This document shows, piece by piece, positions 17,491 through 27,090 of a DNA stretch of 64,000 bases. A model generated the notes under the pieces. The model was not told the origin of the DNA and made no database searches. It was given only the letters and a program-made list of their open reading frames with translations. Where the stretch lies: the sequence record PP968062.1; one strand, written 5' to 3'. The position numbers were made by a program, and so were the translations under genes. How positions within the stretch are numbered: position 1 is the first letter of the stretch; each line of letters begins with the position of its first letter. The stretch comes from Pseudomonas phage HPP-Temi.

Positions 17491-18243
17491 TTAGAAGTCA
17501 GGAATGGAGTCGTCGAAACCATTATCCTGGAAACCACCACTAGATGGACGGCTGTAACCGGAAGGAGCACCACCGCTATTACCACCACGGTGGCCGCCAT
17601 TGTAACCGCCTTGACGTTGGCCACCGCCTTGACCACCACCGAAGTTAGCCGGGTTGGCTACGTTCTTAGCGTTCGGATCAAAGCTGGATACCATCATTTG
17701 GTAAATGATTGCAGTTGCGGGTTCGAGGAAACCAGTAGCGTAGGCTTCGGACATTTCTTTCGGGCTGATCGGAGAACCGTCGCCATTCAGGATGGTGTGA
17801 TACTTCGAAGGACCGAAGAAGAAGCGAATACGAGGACGCTGTTGTTGCGAGGAGATCAAAGCGATGTAGATTCGACCGGAGCTTTGTTCACGACCAATCA
17901 CCAGAGAAGTAATCGGAATGATCTTGTCGATCTTCTTACCGCCAACGAAGTCATCTTGATGGACGAACTTACGTTCTTGAGGAACTTCTTTACCATCGAC
18001 CAGATCACGTGCGTACTTCATAGCAGCAGCGAAAGTAGCGAGGTCAGTTTTGAACTCGATCTTACCGTTGTTCAGATCGCCGTTGACGTTAGTTTTAACG
18101 GTCAGGCGCGGAACGTTACCAAAGACACCGAAGCGAAGGTTAGGACGTTTCTGAGAACCTTCTACCGGATCGGCGTGCAGCCAGGTGGACATTACAGAGA
18201 AGGGAGAAAGTGCCGGGCCGTTACCTTGGGTTTGTTGAGACAT
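17491..18243 (-). CDS. single-stranded DNA-binding protein-like (250 aa)
   Basis: Gly-rich disordered C-terminal region (GGGQGGGQRQGGYNGGHRGGNSGGAPSGY) ending in the acidic tip NGFDDSIPDF (compare E. coli SSB ...DDDIPF). GGAG SD. Confidence 0.55.
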   Translation of the reverse strand: MSQQTQGNGPALSPFSVMSTWLHADPVEGSQKRPNLRFGVFGNVPRLTVKTNVNGDLNNGKIEFKTDLATFAAAMKYARDLVDGKEVPQERKFVHQDDFVGGKKIDKIIPITSLVIGREQSSGRIYIALISSQQQRPRIRFFFGPSKYHTILNGDGSPISPKEMSEAYATGFLEPATAIIYQMMVSSFDPNAKNVANPANFGGGQGGGQRQGGYNGGHRGGNSGGAPSGYSRPSSGGFQDNGFDDSIPDF

Positions 18244-18326
18244 GATGTGTTAGCTCCAATTGGATTAATTTTACACTTCGCGAAAGTGTTTCTACGTACT
18301 ATATCGGTGACCAGTATTCTTTCTGA

Positions 18327-19154
18327 TCAGCGCAGAAGTGCATAGGATTCTTTGAGTTCTTTACTGCCATGTGTTGTTATGTCATGGTAGATTTTGTCTT
18401 GTGTTGTAACAGGCGACCAACGTCTTGAAGCAGCTAGTTGCTTTAGTTGAGCCTTGATTGCTTTTGACTGCGCTTCGAAAACAACACCATCTCCGAACAC
18501 TTGTAAAGTGAACTTAGTGAAGGGGATCGGTGTATCCTCTTTTATGCCGTTAAGCTTGGTGTACCACAAGTTGTACGGTTTAATTTTCCCTGTGTGGGAT
18601 TCTAGCAGAAGAAGACGATCGAAATATTGTTTCCACAGTAGTTCATGTGGGAAATGCGTAATCAGAGCGATCGTACCCTGGGTTCGCACTGGAGCTCTAT
18701 CGATCTCCATTACTTCTATTCCTGCATCTTTCATTTGGTGCAGGAGTTCAATTGCAGCGTAGCGTTCGTACACTTCATATGCCATTTGCTTTGGCGTCTT
18801 GGCTTCTTTATAGATAGCCTTGGGGTATTCCCATTTGACCGAGTCTTTAGATGCGATATACCAACGCACCTTCACCTTCGATCCATGTTGCCCCAGTGCA
18901 ACCGGTATTGTTGCGATCTCCTGCATTAGGATAGTCACTGCATCAGCAGGGTTAACGCCATGGACTTTATCCGTAGCTACCGCTGAGTTAAGATTACGGG
19001 CCAACGTTCTAAGGTTGACCCAGATCTCTTTTACCGATTTAACGTCAATTGGGTGCTTGGTCTGATTTGGGTGAATTCCCAAGAACCCCTCAAAGGCAAG
19101 AGAAGTCCCGATACTAACGGGTATCTGACCGACGTCTCTTTCGATGAGTTCCAT
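18327..19154 (-). CDS. hypothetical protein (275 aa)
   Basis: Long ORF on the coding strand. Confidence 0.6.
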   Translation of the reverse strand: MELIERDVGQIPVSIGTSLAFEGFLGIHPNQTKHPIDVKSVKEIWVNLRTLARNLNSAVATDKVHGVNPADAVTILMQEIATIPVALGQHGSKVKVRWYIASKDSVKWEYPKAIYKEAKTPKQMAYEVYERYAAIELLHQMKDAGIEVMEIDRAPVRTQGTIALITHFPHELLWKQYFDRLLLLESHTGKIKPYNLWYTKLNGIKEDTPIPFTKFTLQVFGDGVVFEAQSKAIKAQLKQLAASRRWSPVTTQDKIYHDITTHGSKELKESYALLR

Positions 19155-19156
19155 TA

Positions 19157-20302
19157 TTAAGTCCTAACGAACGGGATAAGCCTTTCAAGGCACCGTATTT
19201 GCACTGTTGGATCACTGGTCACTTTCTCAATTTCATCTTTGAGTAGACCCGTGATTGTTTCGGGAGTAATAGCGATAAACTTCGACATGTCAAATTCTTT
19301 CAGACTTGTCGCTACACTATTCTTTTTCTTAGTAGCTTTTTCCACCAAGACCGACCATTCGTAGTTAGGATACTCAATACGGAATGTCTCGATGTCACCA
19401 TTAGCTACGTCCATCGGATCACATCGTAGACGAATAGCTGAGTACTTCGGAAGATCCGCTAAGGTTTCTTTAACTTTGTTCAAGAGTTGCTTGGTATCGA
19501 AACCATGCACTTCAAGAGTTACGTACTTCTTAGCATTTTTGTTCTGTATAAAGGTAGCAGTGAAATCACCGTTATCACGAACCACAAAGTGGAACAAACC
19601 TTTGTCGATCTCATCTCCATGGCAGATTCGATCGAAAGAACCAGCAGCGTAGATCCGTTCATGGATAGTCATGTTGTGTACATGACCAATCAGGATCTGA
19701 TGTTTTACCAGTTTGAGATATTCTGCTTCATCGTGAGTTGGTTCTTCCACGATAGAAGGAAGCTGATAGCTAAATGCCCCGTGCATAATAGCAAAGTCAA
19801 CTTGATCAATTCCTAGTGCAGCCATCTGTTCTTTCACTTGAGAAAGCGTTACAGCGGTAGACGGATGCCACTTGTCTGGGACATAAAGGAAATGAGCATC
19901 GAGCTTCTCATTGTACTCAATCGACAGAGTCTTCGAGTAATGGAGGTCGACTGGAATATCTACGTTGATTTTCTGTTCAACGAAAAACTGGGTTTGTTCA
20001 CGGTCATGGCTTGGTGTACCTTCAACAATTCGTAACATCACATTGTTAGCAGCGCAACGCATCATGAACGTAGTGGCCCAGCGGTTGATCTGGTGCACTG
20101 ACTCGTCGCCATAGTTCAACTGGCGATCAAACAGGTCACCAGTAATGATGACCATGTCAAGATCCTTTAACATCTTATCTGTGATTACCTTATCGAGGTT
20201 CAACAGAATGTGAGATGTAGGAGTTGTCCGATGGCCTAGGTGTACGTCACCTAGGCTTATATAACGGAAGGTGCCGGGGAACTTAGTCTTATCAGTCTTC
20301 AT
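19157..20302 (-). CDS. Mre11/SbcD-like metallophosphoesterase nuclease (381 aa from the internal ATG)
   Basis: Calcineurin-fold motifs LGDVHLGH, VIITGDLFD and IGHVHN. The start is placed at the ATG at 20302 (MKTDK...). This start overlaps the upstream stop (ATGAAGACTGA). Confidence 0.6.
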   Translation of the reverse strand: MKTDKTKFPGTFRYISLGDVHLGHRTTPTSHILLNLDKVITDKMLKDLDMVIITGDLFDRQLNYGDESVHQINRWATTFMMRCAANNVMLRIVEGTPSHDREQTQFFVEQKINVDIPVDLHYSKTLSIEYNEKLDAHFLYVPDKWHPSTAVTLSQVKEQMAALGIDQVDFAIMHGAFSYQLPSIVEEPTHDEAEYLKLVKHQILIGHVHNMTIHERIYAAGSFDRICHGDEIDKGLFHFVVRDNGDFTATFIQNKNAKKYVTLEVHGFDTKQLLNKVKETLADLPKYSAIRLRCDPMDVANGDIETFRIEYPNYEWSVLVEKATKKKNSVATSLKEFDMSKFIAITPETITGLLKDEIEKVTSDPTVQIRCLERLIPFVRT

Positions 20303-20903
20303 AGTCGTCGTCAAATGAGCTGCTTTCAGCCTGTTGACGTACAGCACCATTAGATCCTTTAACAGGAACACCCCCAGCGAGGGCGTACAATGGTTCCCCA
20401 CTTTCATTTTCGAAAGTGCGGTTGTACATCGCCAGGATATTGGCTAAAGGAATGAGAACACTTTTGTCCACGGAAGAAGTGATGGATACGCTACTCAGGA
20501 ATTCAGTGATGTACGGTTCGAGATCTTCAAGAGACCGCTCACGTTCCAGGGCAATGTAATCTACAACATGCGAGATCGATGCTGTAGTTGCATCCGCTGC
20601 CCACGACGTACTAGGTCGAGGATAAAGCGCTGGTACTACAAACAAGATCTTCGGTTCAGCTTCATTTGAAGCGACACGTAAAGGATTAGTTAGCTCCAGT
20701 ACATATCGACGATAACGAATTAGATTATCTGGATCCCAAGGACGAGTGAGCAGAGGGAGAACCTCTTTAATGAAGCGATCCTCCAGAATGATCGGAAGCT
20801 GCATCTCATCATTTGCGATGATCGTATCAAGGCAATCATCGATTGCACGTGTCACGTGGCGACGCCGAATTTCGTCAGCCGTATCAGTTTGCGGGTTGCT
20901 CAT
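20292..20903 (-). CDS. hypothetical protein (203 aa) with an acidic C-terminus
   Basis: Ends ...SSFDDDYED. Confidence 0.55.
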   Translation of the reverse strand: MSNPQTDTADEIRRRHVTRAIDDCLDTIIANDEMQLPIILEDRFIKEVLPLLTRPWDPDNLIRYRRYVLELTNPLRVASNEAEPKILFVVPALYPRPSTSWAADATTASISHVVDYIALERERSLEDLEPYITEFLSSVSITSSVDKSVLIPLANILAMYNRTFENESGEPLYALAGGVPVKGSNGAVRQQAESSSFDDDYED

Positions 20904-21480
20904 TTAGGTCACCTTGAACTTTTTCCAGAGCATCTTTCGAAGTCAGGATGTTAATGACGATAGCTTGTTGACCATCGAAGTATTCATCGTGTTGCTTCAA
21001 ATAGGCTACGAAAGGAGCAGTACCTTCGTTCTGGATTACATCGGGGGTAGAGGCCAGTGCGAAGTCAATACCACCATCTGCACGTTTGGTTGCGATGACA
21101 CTGTGTTCGTGCGGCATTACGTTAACGCCATCAACTACTTCAATGGTGAAACCGTACCGGCGGGCGGCAACTTCCTGAGTCATATGCTCCAGGCTTTCAC
21201 GAAGAGAAGAATTCAGACCACCGAAGAAACCAGCAAGGATCTTAACTACACGAAGTTCATGGAGATCTTCAGATTGAGTAAGGGCTTCCAGAATTTGTTT
21301 GATGGCATTCTCGCTAACACGTAGACGAGATTCCAGCTTCTCTACGGTACGAACCAGAGCTTCTACACGTTGAACCAGAATATCATGATCATCCAGATGC
21401 TCTGTTTCAGTAGCAGTATCCGAATTTTCATCCACCAGAGCATTTGCTGCTTCGAGTTGTACGTCTTCGATGTGTTGCAT
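20884..21480 (-). CDS. hypothetical protein (198 aa)
   Basis: ORF on the coding strand. Confidence 0.55.
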   Translation of the reverse strand: MQHIEDVQLEAANALVDENSDTATETEHLDDHDILVQRVEALVRTVEKLESRLRVSENAIKQILEALTQSEDLHELRVVKILAGFFGGLNSSLRESLEHMTQEVAARRYGFTIEVVDGVNVMPHEHSVIATKRADGGIDFALASTPDVIQNEGTAPFVAYLKQHDEYFDGQQAIVINILTSKDALEKVQGDLNEQPAN

Positions 21481-21485
21481 TTTAT

Positions 21486-21890
21486 TTACCCGTTGTTGAT
21501 ATTTGCGATACTCACGAGATGTGAGTTTTGGAATTGAACCAGCTTACCTACGGTATATTCTTTAACGCCATCTGTGACGATACCAGTAAACTGGATGGAG
21601 AATGCATCAGGATTATCCGGACTAGCCGGAATGATGTTAACGATAGCTTGCGCTGATTCACCAAACACTGTTTGCAGTTTGGTAGTTAGAACATCACGTA
21701 GGGCGAGTTCCAAATTCAGCATGTCGTTGGCATGTTCCTTCAGTAGATATTGGAGCGAAGTATTTTGTGTCCGATGTAGAGTGGACATCGACCTGTTGGT
21801 AGTTAAGAATGTGGAAAGAATGTAGTCAGCTTTAGATTCCAAAGAAGAAATCCAGCCATCAGTACCTAGTGTTGGAAGAGAGATTGTCAT
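21486..21890 (-). CDS. hypothetical protein (134 aa)
   Basis: ORF on the coding strand. Confidence 0.5.
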   Translation of the reverse strand: MTISLPTLGTDGWISSLESKADYILSTFLTTNRSMSTLHRTQNTSLQYLLKEHANDMLNLELALRDVLTTKLQTVFGESAQAIVNIIPASPDNPDAFSIQFTGIVTDGVKEYTVGKLVQFQNSHLVSIANINNG

Positions 21891-21921
21891 GGTAACTCCG
21901 AAAAAAATAATGGAAAAGTAT

Positions 21922-21941
21922 GCGGAGTCCTAAGACTCCGC
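21922..21941 (-). terminator. hairpin gcggagtc-CTAA-gactccgc followed by a T-rich tract on the minus strand
   Basis: On the minus strand: ...hairpin ATACTTTTCCATTATTTTTTTC. Confidence 0.55.
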
Positions 21942-21958
21942 TAACTACATCATTGGAC

Positions 21959-22381
21959 TTAATCGGACTCGACGAACAGGAAGTCAATGAAAGGATGACC
22001 GAAAGGTAATTCAATACGTTTACGGCTATATCCGTGACCAGCCATGTTCAACGCTTGCCAAATGCGTCCTTCGTGGATATCCACGAAGTGTACTTTATCA
22101 TGAGGGTCTTGGGAGATCTGAAGTTGAATCGAAGAAGGGAATCCAGGTGGCCCCATAACAGCGATCTCTTTCTTATCGATTACCTCTACACCTTCTCGTT
22201 CGAATACGCAATACCACTTATCTTGATCACGATGGATTTTGATTTCACGATCAGGATTAGTTGCACAATAAACAGCTAGGTTAGTGAATCCTTTTGGAGC
22301 CTGCATTTTGTGCGAGTAGCTATCCAAAGTAGGACGGCGCGCCTTATTGGGATCGGCCTTAAAGTTTACAGGTTCGATCAT
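21959..22381 (-). CDS. hypothetical protein (140 aa)
   Basis: ORF on the coding strand. Confidence 0.5.
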   Translation of the reverse strand: MIEPVNFKADPNKARRPTLDSYSHKMQAPKGFTNLAVYCATNPDREIKIHRDQDKWYCVFEREGVEVIDKKEIAVMGPPGFPSSIQLQISQDPHDKVHFVDIHEGRIWQALNMAGHGYSRKRIELPFGHPFIDFLFVESD

Positions 22382-22409
22382 GTGAACTTCCTTACTGCCT
22401 CATTATAAA

Positions 22410-22429
22410 GGAGTCCCCGAAGGGACTCC
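22410..22429 (-). terminator. hairpin ggagtccc-CGAA-gggactcc followed by ATTTATG
   Basis: Family member. Confidence 0.5.
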
Positions 22430-22439
22430 ATTTATGTTG

Positions 22440-23054
22440 TTAACCCAGCAAGTTCCCTACGGGACTAGTCGGGTCCATTTCGTTTGCATCTAGAGCCACG
22501 TTTACAAGGTTCCACGAACGGAGAACGTCAACCTTCTCATACAGAGACAGTTCTTTATCGCCTTCCGGGATTTCCTCGTAATACTGTTTAACCAAGGTGT
22601 GGTCATCATTGACAACCATTACTTCGTCCATCACTCGACGATAATCGTAGTGGCGTTCACCAACACGATCACCATGATGGTTAACGTACGACTCAGCGTA
22701 ACCCTCTACCATGTTGTTCAGATACATCCCACGCAGACGTTCCTGTGCCATGATGTACCGTTGCATGATCGGGTTTGCGGTCTGAAGCTGTTCGATCGTG
22801 TACAGTCCATGGATGCTGTTAGACATCCAACTGTTATCCGTCTTAGCAACAATGTTCCGCATTGCCTGCACCGCTGTACTGGTGCTGATCATTTGGTAAA
22901 GGTTTTGTGCTTGGTCAAAGAACGAAGTTGCCATCGAACTCAGGTTACTACGAAGTGTCTGAGAACGTTCACCCAACCAGTTCGTGGTATTTTGATCCAG
23001 ATGGCCACCAGCGACGATGTCCATCAAGTCGACGCCGTATGCCTGTTGTAACAT
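22440..23054 (-). CDS. hypothetical protein (204 aa)
   Basis: AGAGGAG SD. Confidence 0.55.
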   Translation of the reverse strand: MLQQAYGVDLMDIVAGGHLDQNTTNWLGERSQTLRSNLSSMATSFFDQAQNLYQMISTSTAVQAMRNIVAKTDNSWMSNSIHGLYTIEQLQTANPIMQRYIMAQERLRGMYLNNMVEGYAESYVNHHGDRVGERHYDYRRVMDEVMVVNDDHTLVKQYYEEIPEGDKELSLYEKVDVLRSWNLVNVALDANEMDPTSPVGNLLG

Positions 23055-23074
23055 GGATTACTCCTCTTGGATCG

Positions 23075-24541
23075 TTAAGCTGCTTTCGCCAACCATTCCT
23101 CCAAAGACGGAAGATAGTCTTCGTGAGCATAGTTGATGATCGTTTCTACAACCGGACCTTGGAGTTCCAGGTTACCAGAGATCTCGTGTGGATCATCCGG
23201 ACTCAGTACCCAAGTATGCGGTGCGATTCGTTCAGTTGCATCAGCCAGATAGTTATCGGGCATCAGCGTCAAGTTCAGCTGGTCACCATCGAAGTCGGCG
23301 TTAGGTGCTTTCAGGCACAGTACCGACATGCTGATGGAGTTATCTCGAATGTCATTCTTAATAACGGTGATGAAGAACTGCTGTGTCGAACCACGTTGCA
23401 GAGTCGGGTTACGGTGGAACACACACGGAAGACCTTTGTACTTCGATTCTGCAATGATCTCTTTAAACAGCTGATCCAGGACTTCGTTGTACTTCAGGAC
23501 GTTCTCGTAGATGAACGAGTTCGCTTGGCGAGTCGTCATACGGAACTTGCGTTTCAGTTTGTTGATCAGGTGATACTTCAACAACTGACAGCCGACGCCC
23601 CACGGAATGTGAAGTTCATCGTAATCATGCGGGTCACTAATGGAAGTAATTACCGCACGAGCAGTCAGGTTAAGACGACCACCCAATACGTGCCTACGAA
23701 CCAGACCAGGCTTTTGCGCGATCCGTTGTTTGTCGTAGTTCTCATGGAAGATAGCCAGAAGCTTCAGTGCACGAGCTACACGGTTTTGTACAGTGATTGG
23801 TTTCAGCGGGATTGCCGAACTGCCGATACTACTAATAGTCAGTACCGCATCGATTGCTGCGCCGATCGGCTTATCGATGTAAACACCCGAGGTCGTAGAC
23901 TCTACAACGAAACAGAGTTTAGTTGGGATCGGAATGTTCTTCGGGAACAGGTGTTCTTTGTTTTGGTTAACGAATGCAGCCATCTCACCTTTGTTGGTGT
24001 TGATGATACTGCTATCGAGCAAGAACTGGAAGATCGTATCGAAGTTCTGAACGAAGTTGTTCAATCCACGTGGGAACTGGCGAGCCAGCAACTTGTCGAG
24101 TTTCCGTTTGGTTTCTTTCGAACTGATCGTATCGTAATCAAACTGATACTGCGTGTTGGTCAGATACTCCAGGAAGTCGAACTCTTTCATCGACATGTAT
24201 CCTGAAAGCATAATCCACAACTCGGGACTCACCAGACGATCCACCCCTTCCGGTGCCCGAATCCACATCGAAGGAACGATGGGTCGGTTGCTCGTGCTTA
24301 CTACTGGTGTACCACAGTTATCACAGATTACCCCGAGCTTGTATGCTTCCGTGATATGTTCACAGTCACACGATGCCGAGTTCTCGATCGCATCTGCATC
24401 CTGATAATGGGAGAACAGATAACGTTGGAATTCCTCCTTTTGTTCAGCATTGCTGGTATTGAAGTCGTTTGCGAATACTACTTTACCTCTTTGGTTAGCG
24501 AGCATTTCGTCATGATTGACAACCTGAGCATATAGACCCAT
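23075..24541 (-). CDS. RNA polymerase beta-prime N-terminal-like subunit (488 aa)
   Basis: Zn finger SASCDCEHITEAYKLGVICDNCGTPV and the catalytic motif KAPNADFDGDQLNL. AGGAAG SD. Confidence 0.8.
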   Translation of the reverse strand: MGLYAQVVNHDEMLANQRGKVVFANDFNTSNAEQKEEFQRYLFSHYQDADAIENSASCDCEHITEAYKLGVICDNCGTPVVSTSNRPIVPSMWIRAPEGVDRLVSPELWIMLSGYMSMKEFDFLEYLTNTQYQFDYDTISSKETKRKLDKLLARQFPRGLNNFVQNFDTIFQFLLDSSIINTNKGEMAAFVNQNKEHLFPKNIPIPTKLCFVVESTTSGVYIDKPIGAAIDAVLTISSIGSSAIPLKPITVQNRVARALKLLAIFHENYDKQRIAQKPGLVRRHVLGGRLNLTARAVITSISDPHDYDELHIPWGVGCQLLKYHLINKLKRKFRMTTRQANSFIYENVLKYNEVLDQLFKEIIAESKYKGLPCVFHRNPTLQRGSTQQFFITVIKNDIRDNSISMSVLCLKAPNADFDGDQLNLTLMPDNYLADATERIAPHTWVLSPDDPHEISGNLELQGPVVETIINYAHEDYLPSLEEWLAKAA

Positions 24542-24582
24542 ACCTACTTCCTATTGTGTTGCGACAAAAAAAGGAGATAGAA

Positions 24583-24602
24583 GCGGCTCCCGAAGGAGCC
24601 GC
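24583..24602 (-). terminator. hairpin gcggctcc-CGAA-ggagccgc followed on the minus strand by TTCTATCTCCTTTTTTTG
   Basis: Family member. It lies just upstream of the beta-prime N-terminal gene. Confidence 0.55.
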
Positions 24603-24934
24603 CTTATCTACTATCGATGGACCACCAACGGAGCCTGGCACGATCCTAGCATCGTCTACAAAGCTTAACCTCCGCTCTTCTCTGTAGCACTTTGACACTA
24701 GAACCTTTTACCATCCATCGTTGTTTTGATCACACGTTGCCTTTTGAGCAACTCCTTTCGGTTAAGTGATCGATCACGCCCGTGTAGCGAGAGGTCGACC
24801 TAGACTTTACGTCCACTAGACGATTACTTCGCGGAACCTACTCCTAACCGTTATCACCGAAGTGAACCAGGGTCGCAGTATTTGAATCGGGATGCCAGCC
24901 TTCTGACACCCCTATCAACCGGGGGAGTTGTTTC

Positions 24935-26800
24935 TTAGTACAGAGTACCAACCGAACCAGCCATGTTCAGCTGGTAGCCACCACCAACGCCCATGCCGTT
25001 GACAACCTGAGCGGTAGAACCGACAGCGAAGTCTTGAATCATGGTGTTGCCGGTGAAGCGCTGAGCACCGAATACCTGAGCAACGTTGTCCATTGCTACG
25101 GTCAGACCGGCAGCAGCGATCGCCTTATCCAGACCCTCGATGAATTTCGGGTTGAAGATACCGCGATGTGCACGGGTGGTGTAAGTTACAGCGCCCAGGA
25201 ACGCACGGTCGTAGTTCTTGGATTGCTTGTTGCGCAGTTCCGGATGAATGTTCGGGTTGCACTGAGTACCGTACCAGGACATCCACTCTTGCTGGTTGCC
25301 TTCTGCGGCGTTCAGAGCACCGAGAGCGTCGAGGTCACGACGGTCACGTTTCTCATCGCCATCCCAGTAGTAGCCCTTGTTGATTTCGGTACCAGTCGAT
25401 GCAATGATCGGCTGGGTGTTGAAATCGAAGAAGCGCTCGAAGCCGCCACCAACCAGGTTCTGTACAGCGCGAATGATCGCGGCAGTAGCTTTCTGTTGGT
25501 TCGGGCCACCCATGGCATCCAGGAAGATCACGTCCAGAGCCGCGTTGTCGCCCATGCGGTCCAGGTCGATCAGGAAGGACGGGTTCGGACGAACCATGCT
25601 CAGCATCAGATCAGCGAAGTTCTGATCGGTGAAGGTGTCGGACTTGGTATCGATCTTCTTGTTCAGGTTGGACAGCCAACCCAGAGCACCGATGTCACCG
25701 AGGTCCTTCACTTTACCTACCTGAGGCAGGAACTTACGAGCCCAAGCCTGACCAGCAGTTACGCGGAAGGCGTTCGACAGAGCGAAGAGATACAGTTCCA
25801 GAGTGTTTGCCTTGATCCAGTTCGCCTGACGAACGTCAGTGATCAGGATCGCCGGGGAGAACGGCGGCAGCGGTTGGGTCTGTTGACCGAACATCTGGGC
25901 TTGCGGAGTCGGAGTGTACTCCAGGGTTACCTGTACCGACACCTGGTTCAGCATGGTGTCTGCTTCGTAGAACTCGTTCTCTTGCTGACCTTGCTTCTTG
26001 GTGCGGTTCAGGCTAACGAGGATGTCCGACTTGATCGGGTTACCAACGCTGTCCATTACCGGACGACCGGAGAAGTCCATCTTGGCAGCCAGGGTTTCGT
26101 CTTGGCCACGCAGCATGGCGATCTGGAACGGAGTCTCGCCAGCTTTCTTCGCCAGAACGTCATCACACAGGTTGACGGAGCGAATCAGGATGTCTTTCAG
26201 CAGGACTTCATCTTTCAGATCGAATTCAGCCGGGATCGGCAGCGGACCGGCCGGGTGTACTTCAGCCTTCGGACGACCGGTGGTCTGACGAACGAAGTCG
26301 CAGATGCGGTTCCAGTACTGAACGGTGAAGACGTCTTGCACTTCAACGTCAACGTCGAAGCGATCGTGGCTCATGCCGTTTTGAATGGTCACTTGGCGAG
26401 GAGCCAGGGTGATTGCCGAGTTCGGCATGATCAGCGGACGAACAACGATGATGCCGTTGCCACCAGCTGCATGCTTGACGATCAGCAGAGCGGAGTAGCC
26501 AACGCGGTTAGCGTCGCGGTCGAAACGCAGGATCTGGAAATCGTTTTCCAGGTCTTGATGGTCGATGGCATCTTTGCCAACGCGGGTCATTACTTGCAGA
26601 GCTTCGCTCGCACGGGCGTCGCCGCCATCAGTACGACCGGAGCGTTTGAACATGTTCGGCAGGCCGGAGATACCGCCTTGCAGAGTTTGAGGAGCGGATT
26701 GTTGCATGCGAGGAGCTTCCTGTTGTGCGCGCGGAGCAGCTTGAGCCGGACCGTTGTTGGCTTGAGCTTGGGTGTTTTGAGCGTCGGTATCACGAATCAT
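24935..26800 (-). CDS. abundant early protein (621 aa); candidate chimallin (nucleus shell) by size, position and expression signals
   Basis: Extreme codon bias (cgt/ctg/ggt/acc/gaa), which also makes the antisense frame open for 595 aa. Q/A-rich N-terminal tail. An early-promoter-like element lies 65 nt upstream. It is immediately upstream of the beta-prime N-terminal gene, as phiKZ gp54 is to gp55. No sequence motif confirms the call. Confidence 0.45.
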   Translation of the reverse strand: MIRDTDAQNTQAQANNGPAQAAPRAQQEAPRMQQSAPQTLQGGISGLPNMFKRSGRTDGGDARASEALQVMTRVGKDAIDHQDLENDFQILRFDRDANRVGYSALLIVKHAAGGNGIIVVRPLIMPNSAITLAPRQVTIQNGMSHDRFDVDVEVQDVFTVQYWNRICDFVRQTTGRPKAEVHPAGPLPIPAEFDLKDEVLLKDILIRSVNLCDDVLAKKAGETPFQIAMLRGQDETLAAKMDFSGRPVMDSVGNPIKSDILVSLNRTKKQGQQENEFYEADTMLNQVSVQVTLEYTPTPQAQMFGQQTQPLPPFSPAILITDVRQANWIKANTLELYLFALSNAFRVTAGQAWARKFLPQVGKVKDLGDIGALGWLSNLNKKIDTKSDTFTDQNFADLMLSMVRPNPSFLIDLDRMGDNAALDVIFLDAMGGPNQQKATAAIIRAVQNLVGGGFERFFDFNTQPIIASTGTEINKGYYWDGDEKRDRRDLDALGALNAAEGNQQEWMSWYGTQCNPNIHPELRNKQSKNYDRAFLGAVTYTTRAHRGIFNPKFIEGLDKAIAAAGLTVAMDNVAQVFGAQRFTGNTMIQDFAVGSTAQVVNGMGVGGGYQLNMAGSVGTLY

Positions 26801-26867
26801 GATTTGTTCCTATGTTTGTAACGTTTCTTGATCAAGAATGAGATCCAACAGTGTATTGGATTCAAAA

Positions 26868-26898
26868 CTGTTATATAGATCTCAGATTTTTTTTAATG
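26868..26898 (-). promoter_or_regulatory. early-promoter-like element, subfamily A
   Basis: ctGTTATATAGATCTcagattttttttaatg. Confidence 0.5.
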
Positions 26899-27008
26899 CA
26901 TTATAGACCGGAGGACCCGCTATAAAAGCAAGGTCATTTGAGGACAGTCAGTCTTCACATACTGTATTACATATTTGTTTCCTTAAGATTCAAACTCAGT
27001 ATGCTGAG

Positions 27009-27090
27009 TACTGGGGCATAGCTCAAATAGCAGGTCAGGACCTCACGGTCATTTCCTGTATTAAATAACTAGCCCCAGTATTTCTTTTCT
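27009..27090. terminator. long-range hairpin tactggggc...gccccagta (9 bp enclosing 54 nt) followed by TTTCTTTTCT (plus strand); second hairpin ctcag-tatg-ctgag adjacent
   Basis: Lies right after the stop of 27090..28649. It has U-tracts on both strands. Confidence 0.4.

Noticed and set aside
24542-24934. tRNA or short protein-coding gene in the GC-rich spacer
   Set aside because: I found no T-arm (GTTCRANYC between complementary 5-bp stems) or acceptor/D-arm geometry on either strand. The only ORFs are 15-19 codons. A proper tRNAscan/Infernal run is still needed.
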